From the NCBI GenBank assembly GCA_029202985.1, contig CP119316.1, positions 297,767-361,766 on the forward strand: a stretch of DNA of 64,000 nt, in the 5' to 3' direction. Positions 8,663-17,442 of the stretch are shown here, piece after piece. The number at the start of each line of letters is the position of its first letter. The stretch's first letter is position 1. Source of the DNA: Candidatus Andeanibacterium colombiense (GTDB taxonomy: Bacteria; Pseudomonadota; Alphaproteobacteria; Sphingomonadales; Sphingomonadaceae). Made by a program: the position numbers and the translations under genes. Under the pieces are notes generated by a model. That model saw nothing but the letters and a program-made list of their open reading frames with translations. It did no database searches and was not told the DNA's origin.

Positions 8663-10006
8663 ATGAGCATCGAACTCAAGATGCCCGCGCTTTCGCCCAC
8701 GATGGAAGAGGGTACGCTCTCGAAGTGGCTGGTCAAGGAAGGCGACGAGGTCAAATCGGGCGACATTCTCGCCGAGATCGAGACCGACAAGGCGACGATG
8801 GAATTCGAAGCGGTAGATGAAGGCAAGATCGGCAAGATCCTGGTCGCCGAAGGCACCGAGGGCGTGAAGGTCGGCACGGTGATCGCGGTGATCGGCGCTG
8901 ACGGCGAGGCGGTTTCCGCTCCGGCCCCGACGCCTGCTCCGGCTGCTGCCGAAGCGCCCGCTGCCAAGGCCGAAAAGCCGGTCGCCAAGCCCGCCGCCGA
9001 TCCGGAAATTCCGGCCGGGACCAACATGATCACCGTCACGGTCCGCGAAGCCTTGCGCGACGCAATGGCCGAGGAAATGCGCCGCGACGACCGCGTGTTC
9101 GTGATGGGCGAGGAAGTCGCCGAATATCAGGGCGCCTATAAGGTCACCCAGGGCCTGCTCGAGGAATTCGGGCCGAAGCGCGTGATCGATACGCCGATCA
9201 CCGAATATGGCTTTGCCGGGATCGGCACCGGCGCCGCGATGGGCGGCCTGCGCCCGGTGGTCGAATTCATGACCTTCAACTTCGCGATGCAGGCGATCGA
9301 CCACATCATCAACTCGGCCGCGAAGACCAACTACATGTCGGGCGGCCAGATGCGCTGCCCGATCGTGTTCCGCGGACCCAACGGCGCGGCCAGCCGCGTC
9401 GGCGCGCAGCACAGCCAGAACTACGGCCCGTGGTATGCCAGCGTCCCCGGCCTGATCGTGATCGCGCCCTATGACGCGTCGGATGCCAAGGGCCTGCTCA
9501 AGGCCGCGATCCGCAGCGACGATCCGGTGGTGTTCCTCGAAAACGAGCTGGTTTACGGCCGCCACTTCGAATTGGCCCAGCTCGACGATCACGTGTTGCC
9601 GATCGGCAAGGCGCGGATCGTGCGCGAGGGCAGCGACGTGACGATCGTATCCTATTCGATCGGCGTCGGGCTCGCGCTCGAAGCCGCCGAAACGCTCGCG
9701 GGCGAGGGCATCGACGCCGAAGTGATCGACCTGCGCACGCTGCGTCCGCTCGATACCGAGACGGTGCTGAAGAGCCTCGCGAAGACCAACCGCGTGGTGG
9801 TGGCCGAAGAAGGCTGGCCGCAGTGCTCGATCGCGTCGGAAATCGTCGCCGTGTGCATGGACCAAGGCTTCGACGATCTCGACGCTCCGGTCGTCCGCGT
9901 GTGCAACGAAGACGTTCCGCTGCCCTATGCCGCGAACCTCGAAAAGATGGCGCTGATCGACGCGGCGCGGATCGTCGAGGCGGTGAAGAAGGTTACCTAT
10001 CGCTAA
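8663..10006 (+). CDS. pdhB: Pyruvate dehydrogenase E1 component subunit beta with N-terminal lipoyl domain
   Basis: 447 aa. N-terminus [50 protein letters not shown] is a lipoyl domain, followed by an Ala/Pro linker and then the E1-beta core ([29 protein letters not shown]). Confidence 0.95.
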   Translation: MSIELKMPALSPTMEEGTLSKWLVKEGDEVKSGDILAEIETDKATMEFEAVDEGKIGKILVAEGTEGVKVGTVIAVIGADGEAVSAPAPTPAPAAAEAPAAKAEKPVAKPAADPEIPAGTNMITVTVREALRDAMAEEMRRDDRVFVMGEEVAEYQGAYKVTQGLLEEFGPKRVIDTPITEYGFAGIGTGAAMGGLRPVVEFMTFNFAMQAIDHIINSAAKTNYMSGGQMRCPIVFRGPNGAASRVGAQHSQNYGPWYASVPGLIVIAPYDASDAKGLLKAAIRSDDPVVFLENELVYGRHFELAQLDDHVLPIGKARIVREGSDVTIVSYSIGVGLALEAAETLAGEGIDAEVIDLRTLRPLDTETVLKSLAKTNRVVVAEEGWPQCSIASEIVAVCMDQGFDDLDAPVVRVCNEDVPLPYAANLEKMALIDAARIVEAVKKVTYR

Positions 10007-10012
10007 GCTGAG

Positions 10013-10080
10013 CCCCCGCGCAGGCGGGGGTCTCAGGCAGCTTTGCGCTTCTTTGCCTGAGGTCCCCGCCTGCGCGGGGA
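10013..10080. repeat. REP/BIME-like paired palindromic units (locus A)
   Basis: CCCCCGCGCAGGCGGGGGTCTCAGGC (10013-10038) and its inverted copy GCCTGAGGTCCCCGCCTGCGCGGGGA (10055-10080). Each unit is a 7-bp-stem hairpin. The same family occurs at 11218, 48606 and 57259. Confidence 0.85.
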
Positions 10081-10089
10081 CTCGGGGAG

Positions 10090-10722
10090 TTGAATAAACT
10101 GATCGACTCCCTTGCCTTGCCCCAGCGCCTCGCGCTCGCTTACGCGCCCAAATCGGCGCGGCCGGCGACGCTGGCATTGTTCGCGCTCGACGCGCGCCTG
10201 GCGCAGGCGGTGCGTCAGGCGTCGGAGCCGATCATGGCGCAGATGCGGCTCGCGTGGTGGCGCGATCAGTTCGGGCTGGCGGCGAACAGGCGCGAGCGTT
10301 CGGACGAATTGATCCGCGCGCTCGATCTTTTCGCGGGCGAGGAGGGCGCCTTGATCGGCCTGGTCGATGGCTGGGAAAGCCTGCTGGCGGACGAACTCGA
10401 CGCCGAGGGTTTCGCGCTCGGACGGGCGCGGGCCTTTGCCGCGCTCGCCCGCAGATTGCATCTGCCCGACGAACCGGCGGCGGCTGCCGGGCGGCGCTTC
10501 GCGCTGGCCGATCTCGCCGCCAATCTCGCCGATGCGGAGGAGCAGCGCGCGGTGCTCGGGCTGGCGGGCGGGGGCGGGCGCATCGCGCTGCCGCGGGAAT
10601 TGCGCAGCCTCGCGGTGCTCGATGGGCTCGCGCGGCGCAGCCTCGCGCGGGGCGGGGCGCCTTTGCTCGACGGCCCCGCCGCGATGCTCGGCGCAATCCG
10701 CTTGGGCCTCGCCGGGCGTTAG
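10090..10722 (+). CDS. Squalene/phytoene synthase-like (NDUFAF6-like) family protein, short form
   Basis: 210 aa. LPQRLALAYAP..ALFALDARLAQAVRQASEPIMAQMRLAWWRD resembles the N-terminal helices of the alphaproteobacterial phytoene-synthase-like family. I see no DxxxD motifs. Start uncertain. Confidence 0.45.
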   Translation: MNKLIDSLALPQRLALAYAPKSARPATLALFALDARLAQAVRQASEPIMAQMRLAWWRDQFGLAANRRERSDELIRALDLFAGEEGALIGLVDGWESLLADELDAEGFALGRARAFAALARRLHLPDEPAAAAGRRFALADLAANLADAEEQRAVLGLAGGGGRIALPRELRSLAVLDGLARRSLARGGAPLLDGPAAMLGAIRLGLAGR

Positions 10723-10752
10723 ACTATCCTGCGCCGGAGCGGGGGATTGCGC

Positions 10753-11208
10753 ATGAATCGTTTGCTGTTGGGAGCTCTCGGGCTGCTCGCCTTCGCGGCG
10801 GTCGGCCTGTTCTGGTGGCAGGGCCGCGCCGAGGTCGAACGCGGCGCACCGCCGCCGGTCGCCGCGGGCCCGGCGAAGAGTGATGCGCTGCCGCTGGCCG
10901 ATGCCGCCGGGCTCAAGGGTCCGGCCCCGCCCGAGGCGACCGAACTCGACCAGGAACAGCAGCGCTTCGCTCGCTACGACCGCAACCGTGACTGGAAGAT
11001 CTCGCGCAACGAGATGCTCGGCACCCGCGCCGACGGCTTTCGCAAACTCGACAAGGACGGCAACAATTTGCTGACCTTCGAGGAATGGGCGGTCGCGACC
11101 GTCGACCGCTTCGACGATGCCGATGCGAACAAGGACGGTTGGCTCAGCCAGCGCGAATTCGCGACCACCAAACCACCGCCGGTAAAGAAGCCGAAGTGCA
11201 AGTGCTGA
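10753..11208 (+). CDS. Membrane-anchored EF-hand calcium-binding protein
   Basis: ORF 10747..11208, with ATG at 10753 after GGGGGA. N-terminal TM/signal helix, then three canonical 12-residue EF loops: DRNRDWKISRNE, DKDGNNLLTFEE and DANKDGWLSQRE. Confidence 0.75.
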   Translation: MNRLLLGALGLLAFAAVGLFWWQGRAEVERGAPPPVAAGPAKSDALPLADAAGLKGPAPPEATELDQEQQRFARYDRNRDWKISRNEMLGTRADGFRKLDKDGNNLLTFEEWAVATVDRFDDADANKDGWLSQREFATTKPPPVKKPKCKC

Positions 11209-11217
11209 GCTGACTTG

Positions 11218-11286
11218 CCCCCGCGTAGGCGGGGACGCCAGGCCGACAAGGCGCTGGGACGCCTGAGGTCCCCGCCTACGCGGGGA
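11218..11286. repeat. REP/BIME-like paired palindromic units (locus B)
   Basis: CCCCCGCGTAGGCGGGGACGCCAGGC (11218-11243) and GCCTGAGGTCCCCGCCTACGCGGGGA (11261-11286). Lies between the convergent EF-hand gene and trmFO, and overlaps the trmFO stop codon. Confidence 0.85.
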
Positions 11287-12625
11287 CGCGGTCCAGGGTT
11301 GCCAGCCATTCCCCGAAATCTTCCTTCGCACGGCTGGTGTAGGCTTCCTTGCGGGACTTCTTCTTCACATCGTGGAGCGGCGGGAACAGGCCGAAATTGA
11401 CGTTCATCGGCTGGTAGTGCTCGGCCTCCGCGTCGCCGGTGATATGCGCGAGCAGCGCGCCCATCGCCGAGGTGCGGGGCGGGGCGGTCCATTCCTCGCC
11501 GGCCAGTTCGGTCGCCGCCATCATCCCGACCAGCAGGCCGACCGCGCTGCTCTCGACATAGCCTTCGCAGCCGGTGATCTGCCCGGCGAAGCGGATATGG
11601 CCCGCGTCCTTCAGCCGCAATTGCCGGTCGAGCAGGATCGGCGAATTGAGGAAAGTGTTGCGGTGCAGCCCGCCGAGCCGCGCGAATTCGGCATTCTGAA
11701 GCCCGGGAATGGTGCGGAACAGGCGCACCTGCTCGGCATGCTTCAGCTTGGTCTGGAACCCGACCATGTTCCACAGCGTGCCGAGCTTGTTGTCCTGCCG
11801 CAGCTGGACCACCGCATAGGGCCACCGCCCATTCGGAAATTCCGGCGAAGCGGTATGCGGATTGTCGAGCCCGACCGGCTTCATCGGGCCATAGCGCAAG
11901 GTGTCGATCCCGCGCTCGGCCATCACCTCGATCGGCATGCAGCCGTCGAAATAGGGGGTGTTCGCCTCCCATTCGCGGAACTCGCCCTTCTTGCCATCGA
12001 GCAGGCCCTGATGGAACGCGAGATACTGCTCCTTGTCCATCGGACAATTCACGTAATCCTTGCCACCCTTATCCCACCGCGCGGCCATCCAGCAGATGTC
12101 CATGTCGATGCTGTCGTGGTGAACGATCGGCGCGATCGCGTCGAAGAACGCGAGGCTGTCGGCGCCGGTCGCCTTGCCGATGCTCTCGGCGAGCGATGCG
12201 GCGGTCAGTGGCCCGGTCGCGACAATCGTCATCCCGGCTTGCGGAAGGGTATCGATCCGCTCGCGCACGATGTGCAAATTCGGCAGCGCGGAGAGCGCCT
12301 GCTCGACCTCGCCGGAGAACAACTCGCGGTCGACCGCCATCGCGCTCCCGGCCGGAACCCGGGCCTTCTCGCCCGCCCGCATCACCAGCGAATCCAGCCG
12401 CCGCATCTCGTGATGTAGCAGGCCGACCGCGTTCATCGTGTCGTCGTCGGAGCGGAAGCTGTTGGAGCAGACCAGTTCGGCGAGCTGGTCGGTCTGGTGC
12501 GCGGGGCTGCGCTCTCCGGTTCCGCGCATTTCGGAAAGCCGCACCGTGAAGCCGCGCCGGGCGAGCTGCCAGGCGGCTTCGCTTCCGGCCAGCCCGCCGC
12601 CGATAATATGTACGTCATAAGTCAT
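11276..12625 (-). CDS. trmFO: Methylenetetrahydrofolate--tRNA-(uracil-5-)-methyltransferase TrmFO
   Basis: 449 aa. [28 protein letters not shown]-binding fold and conserved TrmFO/Gid body ([20 protein letters not shown]). Confidence 0.95.
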   Translation of the reverse strand: MTYDVHIIGGGLAGSEAAWQLARRGFTVRLSEMRGTGERSPAHQTDQLAELVCSNSFRSDDDTMNAVGLLHHEMRRLDSLVMRAGEKARVPAGSAMAVDRELFSGEVEQALSALPNLHIVRERIDTLPQAGMTIVATGPLTAASLAESIGKATGADSLAFFDAIAPIVHHDSIDMDICWMAARWDKGGKDYVNCPMDKEQYLAFHQGLLDGKKGEFREWEANTPYFDGCMPIEVMAERGIDTLRYGPMKPVGLDNPHTASPEFPNGRWPYAVVQLRQDNKLGTLWNMVGFQTKLKHAEQVRLFRTIPGLQNAEFARLGGLHRNTFLNSPILLDRQLRLKDAGHIRFAGQITGCEGYVESSAVGLLVGMMAATELAGEEWTAPPRTSAMGALLAHITGDAEAEHYQPMNVNFGLFPPLHDVKKKSRKEAYTSRAKEDFGEWLATLDRVPA

Positions 12626-12677
12626 GCGCGCGCCCTACGCCTTGCACTCGGCCAAGTTCAAGGCCAAGCGTGCGCTC

Positions 12678-13358
12678 ATGTCCCGCCATGCGCTTTCGGA
12701 GAAACGGCCCTTCCTGCTCGCGAGCATCGCGGCGGCGGTGGCTTACTTCTTCCTGCGCGATGCCGAATTCCCCGAAATTGTCGCGGTGCTGGTCAAGGGC
12801 GCGGCGGTCGCGCTGCTCGCGGCCTATGCGTGGCAGCGCCATTCGGCGCCCGACGTCAAGACCATTGCCTGGGTGCTCGGGATCGGGGCGCTCGGCGATA
12901 TCGCGGTCGAATACGATCAGGAGATCGGCGGGCTGCTGTTCTTCCTCGGCCACCTGATCGCCATTTCGCTCTACTGGCGCCATCGCCGCGCGGCGCCGAC
13001 CCAGACGCAGAAGGCGGCCGCGGTGGCGCTGCTGATCCTGACCCCGGCGATCGCCTACCTGCTTCCCGCCGACCGCGCCGAGGCCCAGTCGGTCGCGCTC
13101 TATGCGCTGGTGCTGGGAGGCATGGCGGCAAGTGCCTGGGCAAGCGATTTCCCGCGCTACCGCGTCGGTGTGGGAGCCCTGCTGTTCGTGGTTTCGGACC
13201 TGCTGATCTTCGCCGGGATGGGCCCGCTGGCCGCGAGCCCGCTGCCGCACTGGCTGGTCTGGCCGATCTATTACACCGGCCAGTTCCTGATCTGCATCGG
13301 CGTGATGCAGAGCCTGCGCAAACGCGACCCGGAGCTGCGAATCGTCAGCAGCCGCTGA
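12678..13358 (+). CDS. YhhN/lysoplasmalogenase family membrane protein
   Basis: ORF 12624..13358. The ATG at 12678 avoids a divergent start-start overlap with trmFO. Multi-TM protein with LGDIAV..FFLGHLIAI..LFVVSDLLI motifs typical of the YhhN family. Confidence 0.7.
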   Translation: MSRHALSEKRPFLLASIAAAVAYFFLRDAEFPEIVAVLVKGAAVALLAAYAWQRHSAPDVKTIAWVLGIGALGDIAVEYDQEIGGLLFFLGHLIAISLYWRHRRAAPTQTQKAAAVALLILTPAIAYLLPADRAEAQSVALYALVLGGMAASAWASDFPRYRVGVGALLFVVSDLLIFAGMGPLAASPLPHWLVWPIYYTGQFLICIGVMQSLRKRDPELRIVSSR

Positions 13359-13362
13359 CGGA

Positions 13363-14145
13363 TCAGGCCATCGCCCGCACGGCATAGGCTTTCATCGCGG
13401 CGGTCAGCCAATCCGTGAACCCGGCGCCGCGCCGGTCCATGTTGGTTCGGAAATCCGGGTGATCGAGATAGAGATCGGCCACGCCGGCATAGGCCTGGGG
13501 CGGGCAAGCATGGCCCCACATCTCCGCGATGCAGGCGCGGTGGCGTTCCAGCAGCGGTTCGTTCGCAGGGTTTTCAGACCCCATGCCAGCCGCGAAGGCT
13601 TCGGCAAAGGCCGTAAACACCGCTTCGGCTTCGGCCCGCTGCGCCGCCATCCAGTCCTTGCCCAGCGCGGCGACCCTGGCTTTGCCATTCTCGATCCGGT
13701 CGCGCATGTCGCCGCCGTAACGGTCGATCAGCCAGGCTTCGTATTCTGCCTGCTTCTCGGGAGAGAAGCCCTTGTAGAGTTCCTCGTCTTCCATCGTGCC
13801 CGCGCCGTTCAGCTCGGCAATCGTGCGGTCGATCGTCTCGAGCAGGTAGCGGGAACGTTCGACCCGTTCGGCCAGGATCGCGCGGTGCTCCGAGAGTATC
13901 TCCACCCGGTCGCGCCCTTCATGCGCGAGCAGCTTCGCGATCTCCTGCAGCGGCACACCCAGTTCGCGGTGGAACAGGATGTCCTGCAGCCGTAGCAATT
14001 CCTCGCGCCCGTAATAGCGATAGCGGTTCTCGCCGATGAACGCCGGCCGCAGCAGCCCGATCTCGTCGTAATGATGCAGCGCGCGCACCGAGACCCCGGA
14101 GAGCCTGGCGAGCTGCTTCACTGTATAGATGGCGGGCTTGCCCAT
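13363..14145 (-). CDS. MerR family transcriptional regulator with TipAS-like C-terminal domain
   Basis: 260 aa. N-terminal MerR HTH (YTVKQLARLSGVSVRALHHYDEIGLLRP) and a C-terminal TipAS-like domain (YAGVADLYLDHPDFRTNMD). Confidence 0.9.
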   Translation of the reverse strand: MGKPAIYTVKQLARLSGVSVRALHHYDEIGLLRPAFIGENRYRYYGREELLRLQDILFHRELGVPLQEIAKLLAHEGRDRVEILSEHRAILAERVERSRYLLETIDRTIAELNGAGTMEDEELYKGFSPEKQAEYEAWLIDRYGGDMRDRIENGKARVAALGKDWMAAQRAEAEAVFTAFAEAFAAGMGSENPANEPLLERHRACIAEMWGHACPPQAYAGVADLYLDHPDFRTNMDRRGAGFTDWLTAAMKAYAVRAMA

Positions 14146-14170
14146 GGTCGTCGTCCTTCCGCGAGGACAG

Positions 14171-14201
14171 CAAATAGTCCCTCACGCCGCGTGAGGGTCA
14201 A
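14171..14201 (-). promoter_or_regulatory. MerR/TipAL-type promoter with 19-bp spacer containing the operator palindrome
   Basis: Minus-strand reading: TTGACC (14201-14196), a 19-nt spacer, then TATTTG (14176-14171). The spacer carries CCCTCACG-N3-CGTGAGGG (14179-14197). GGAAGGA RBS and the ATG at 14145 follow. Confidence 0.7.
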
Positions 14202-14213
14202 GCCGATAATGCG

Positions 14214-14567
14214 TCAGCCGGCGACCGGGAGCCGGAGCTTGCCTTCATGGTCGCGCTCGAGCGGGCCATAGGCGAGCACCGCATCGAGCGGCAGCGGCGC
14301 ATAAATGTGCGGAAACAATTGACCGCCGCGCGATGCTTCCCATTTCACCGCATCGCCGAGCACCGGCAGGTCGACCGCCGCGACATGGAGATCGTCCTGC
14401 CCGGCGAAATGCCTGGCCAAGGTCTCGTCGAGCTGATCCGCGGTCGACAGATGGATGAACCCATCGGCAAGATCGACGGGTGCGCCGGCGAAGCTGCCGT
14501 CATGCTCCAGCGCTTCCATCTGCGCCGCAGTCAGGACCTTGTACGCGACTTCGGGGCGCTCACTCAT
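14214..14567 (-). CDS. DUF952 domain-containing protein
   Basis: ORF 14214..14690. ATG at 14567 gives a 117-aa protein with DGFIHLST and QLFPHIY motifs typical of DUF952. Overlaps the gyrA stop by 8 nt. Confidence 0.75.
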   Translation of the reverse strand: MSERPEVAYKVLTAAQMEALEHDGSFAGAPVDLADGFIHLSTADQLDETLARHFAGQDDLHVAAVDLPVLGDAVKWEASRGGQLFPHIYAPLPLDAVLAYGPLERDHEGKLRLPVAG

Positions 14568-17325
14568 CGGTCGGAGCCTCGGGTTCGGCCGCGCTCTCGA
14601 TGCCATCGCCAGGCGCCGGGTTCTCTCCCTCGGTGCCATCTTCGTCGTCGGACGCCTCTTCCTCGGCCAGGCGCACCGCGCCGACGACATGCTCGTTATC
14701 GGCGACGTCGAACAATTTCACGCCGGCCGAGCCGCGCCCGATCACCCGCAGGCTGTCGAGCGAGATGCGGATCAGCTTGGCCTGGTCGGTCACCAGCATC
14801 AGCTGGTCGGCCTTGGTCGCGGTAAAGCTTGCGACCACCGGCCCGTTGCGGGCGATATTGTCGATATTGACGATGCCGGAGCCGCCACGGCCGGTGCGGC
14901 GGTATTCATAGGCGGAGGACAATTTGCCGTAGCCATTGGCGCAGACCGTGAGGATGAACTGTTCGCGCTCGGCGAGTTCGGCGAAACGCTCAGGCGCGAT
15001 CGCCGGTTCGCCTTCCTTCTCGGCCTTCCACGGGGCGTAGCGCAGATATTCGTCACGCTCTTCCTGGTCGGCCATGCCGCTGCGCCGGAGAATCGAGAGC
15101 GAGATCACCTCGTCGCCTTCGCGCAGGGTCATGCCGCGCACGCCGGTGGAGGTGCGGCTCTGGAATTCGCGCACGCTTTCGCCTTCGAAGCGGATCGCCT
15201 TGCCGTCGTTCGTCGCGAGCAGCACATCGTCGCCCTCTTCGAGCAGGGCGACGCCGATCAGCCGGTCGTCCGAGCCTTCCTCAAAACGCATCGCGAACTT
15301 GCCGTTCGACGGGATATTGGCGAAGGAATCCATCGAATTGCGCCGCACGCCGCCCTTGGCGGTCGCGAACACCACGCTGAGTGCACCCCAGCTCGCCTCG
15401 TCCTCGGGCAGCGGCAGCACCGTCGCGATGGTTTCGCCTTCGTCGAGCGCCGGGAGCATATTGACGATCGGCCGGCCGCGCGTGGCCGGGCCGCCCTCGG
15501 GCAGTCGCCATACCTTGAGCCGGTAGACCTTGCCCGCGGTGGAGAAGAACAGCACCGGATTGTGGGTCGAGGTAACGAACATCGCGCTGACCGCGTCTTC
15601 GTCCTTGGTCGACATCCCCGCGCGGCCCTTTCCGCCGCGATTCTGGGCGCGGAAGGTCGAAAGTGAAGTGCGCTTGATATATCCGTCCAGAGTGACGGTG
15701 ACGACCATATCCTCGCGCTCGATCAGGTCCTCGTCCTCGATCCCGTCCCATGCGGGGGCGATTTCGGAGACGCGCGGGGTGGCATAGGTTTCGCGAATTG
15801 CTGCCAGCTCGGCGCGCATCACTTCATACAACCGCGCCCGGTCGCCGAGAATCGCGAGATATTCGCCGATCTTGATCGCGAGCTCCTTGAGCTCGTCGCC
15901 GATCTCGTCGCGGCCCAGCGCAGTCAGGCGGTGGAGGCGCAGGTCGAGGATCGCCCGCACCTGGATCTCCGACAGGCGGTAAGTGCCCACCGGACCCGCC
16001 TGTTCGTCCTCGACCGCTTCGACGAGGCTGAGATAGGGCAGGATTTCCGCCGTCGGCCAATCCTTCGCGAGCAATTTCGCGCGGGCATCGGCCGGGTTCG
16101 ATGCGCCGCGGATCAGCGCGACGACTTCGTCGAGATGGCTGACCGCGATCAGCAGGCCGAGCAGCACATGGGCGCGTTCGCGCGCCTTGAGCAGCTCGAA
16201 TTTCGTCCGCCGCGTAATCACTTCCTCGCGGAAGCTGATGAAGGCCTGGATGAAATCCCGCAGCATCAGGGTTTCCGGCCGGCCGCCGCGGATCGCGAGC
16301 ATATTGGCGGGGAAACTCGACTGGGCCGGGGTGTGGCGCCACAATTGGTTGAGCACCACGTCCGCCGTCGCATCGCGCTTGAGCTCGATCACGACCCGCA
16401 CACCCTTGCGGCTCGATTCGTCGCGAATGTCGGCAATGCCTTCGATCCGCTTGTCCTTGGCCGCCTCGGCGATCTTCTCGACCAGCCCGGCCTTGCCCAC
16501 CTGGTAGGGGATCGAACTCAGCACGATCGATTGCCGGTCGCCGCGCCCTTCTTCCACCGAATGGCGGCAGCGCTGGAGGATCGACCCACGGCCGGTGGTG
16601 TAGGCCGCGCGCGCGCCCGCCGAACCGAGGATCAGCGGGGCGGTCGGGAAATCCGGTCCCGGGATGATCTCGAACAGCTCCTCATTGGTGATGCGCGGAT
16701 TGTCGATAAAGGCGAAGCAGCCGTCGATCACTTCGCCGAGATTGTGCGGCGGGATGTTGGTCGCCATCCCGACCGCGATGCCGCCCGCGCCATTGACCAG
16801 CAGATTGGGGAAGCGCGCCGGGAGAACCGAGGGCTCATCCCGCGATTCGTCGTAGTTCGCGACGAAATCGACCGTGTCTTTCTCGATGTCGTCGAGCAGC
16901 GAGTTCGCGACCTTGGCGAGCCGCGCCTCGGTGTAGCGCATCGACGCCGCCTTGTCCGGGTCCATCGAGCCGAAATTGCCCTGGCCGTCGATCAGCGGGA
17001 CCCGCATCGACCACGGCTGTGCGAGGCGCACGAGAGCTTCGTAGATCGCGCTGTCGCCGTGCGGGTGATAATTGCCCATCACGTCGCCGACGATCTTGGC
17101 CGATTTGCGATAGGGCCGCCCCGCGACGAAACCGCCTTCGTGGCTCGCCCACAGGATGCGGCGGTGGACCGGTTTCAACCCGTCACGCACGTCGGGCAGC
17201 GCGCGGCTGACGATCACGCTCATCGCGTAATCGAGATACGAGGTCTTCATCTCGTCGACGATGTCGACGCGGGGAAATTCCTCGGCCGGCGGGCCGGGTT
17301 CGATGGTTTCGATGGTGTCGCTCAA
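14560..17325 (-). CDS. gyrA: DNA gyrase subunit A
   Basis: 921 aa, TTG start. [40 protein letters not shown] (QRDR region), beta-pinwheel C-terminal domain and acidic tail. Confidence 0.97.
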   Translation of the reverse strand: MSDTIETIEPGPPAEEFPRVDIVDEMKTSYLDYAMSVIVSRALPDVRDGLKPVHRRILWASHEGGFVAGRPYRKSAKIVGDVMGNYHPHGDSAIYEALVRLAQPWSMRVPLIDGQGNFGSMDPDKAASMRYTEARLAKVANSLLDDIEKDTVDFVANYDESRDEPSVLPARFPNLLVNGAGGIAVGMATNIPPHNLGEVIDGCFAFIDNPRITNEELFEIIPGPDFPTAPLILGSAGARAAYTTGRGSILQRCRHSVEEGRGDRQSIVLSSIPYQVGKAGLVEKIAEAAKDKRIEGIADIRDESSRKGVRVVIELKRDATADVVLNQLWRHTPAQSSFPANMLAIRGGRPETLMLRDFIQAFISFREEVITRRTKFELLKARERAHVLLGLLIAVSHLDEVVALIRGASNPADARAKLLAKDWPTAEILPYLSLVEAVEDEQAGPVGTYRLSEIQVRAILDLRLHRLTALGRDEIGDELKELAIKIGEYLAILGDRARLYEVMRAELAAIRETYATPRVSEIAPAWDGIEDEDLIEREDMVVTVTLDGYIKRTSLSTFRAQNRGGKGRAGMSTKDEDAVSAMFVTSTHNPVLFFSTAGKVYRLKVWRLPEGGPATRGRPIVNMLPALDEGETIATVLPLPEDEASWGALSVVFATAKGGVRRNSMDSFANIPSNGKFAMRFEEGSDDRLIGVALLEEGDDVLLATNDGKAIRFEGESVREFQSRTSTGVRGMTLREGDEVISLSILRRSGMADQEERDEYLRYAPWKAEKEGEPAIAPERFAELAEREQFILTVCANGYGKLSSAYEYRRTGRGGSGIVNIDNIARNGPVVASFTATKADQLMLVTDQAKLIRISLDSLRVIGRGSAGVKLFDVADNEHVVGAVRLAEEEASDDEDGTEGENPAPGDGIESAAEPEAPTDE

Positions 17326-17433
17326 CTGCGTTCTTCGTTCTTTTGTTTATCTATTTTCTGCACCTTCGATCTCTAGGCGAATGTGCGGAAATTGGCCAGC
17401 AAAAGGGGGGGCGAGGGGCGCGCGGAAGGGGGT

Positions 17434-17442
17434 TTATCCACA
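17434..17442 (+). promoter_or_regulatory. Consensus DnaA-box 9-mer (TTATCCACA) in the gyrA upstream region
   Basis: Exact TTATCCACA, about 110 nt upstream of the gyrA start codon. A single copy, so it could be chance. Confidence 0.25.

Noticed and set aside
8396-10177. Very long ORFs antisense to, or out of frame with, real genes. Examples: 8396-10177 (593 aa), 25252-26919 (555 aa), 28062-30143 (693 aa), 48701-51505 (934 aa), 15931-17376, 55745-57307 and 61164-62777.
   Set aside because: Their translations are Arg/Ala/Gly/Pro-rich low-complexity strings with no recognisable motifs. In each case another frame (the opposite strand, or an alternative frame on the same strand) encodes a strongly recognisable protein (pdhB, ntrB/C, ntrY, rnr, gyrA, proS, radA). 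This is the expected stop-codon depletion of a GC-rich genome.
12624-12677. Upstream ATG at 12624 for the YhhN-family gene, which would overlap the divergent trmFO start codon by 2 nt.
   Set aside because: A head-to-head start overlap leaves no promoter or RBS space. The extra 18 residues are basic and non-hydrophobic, and the ATG at 12678 gives a family-typical length.
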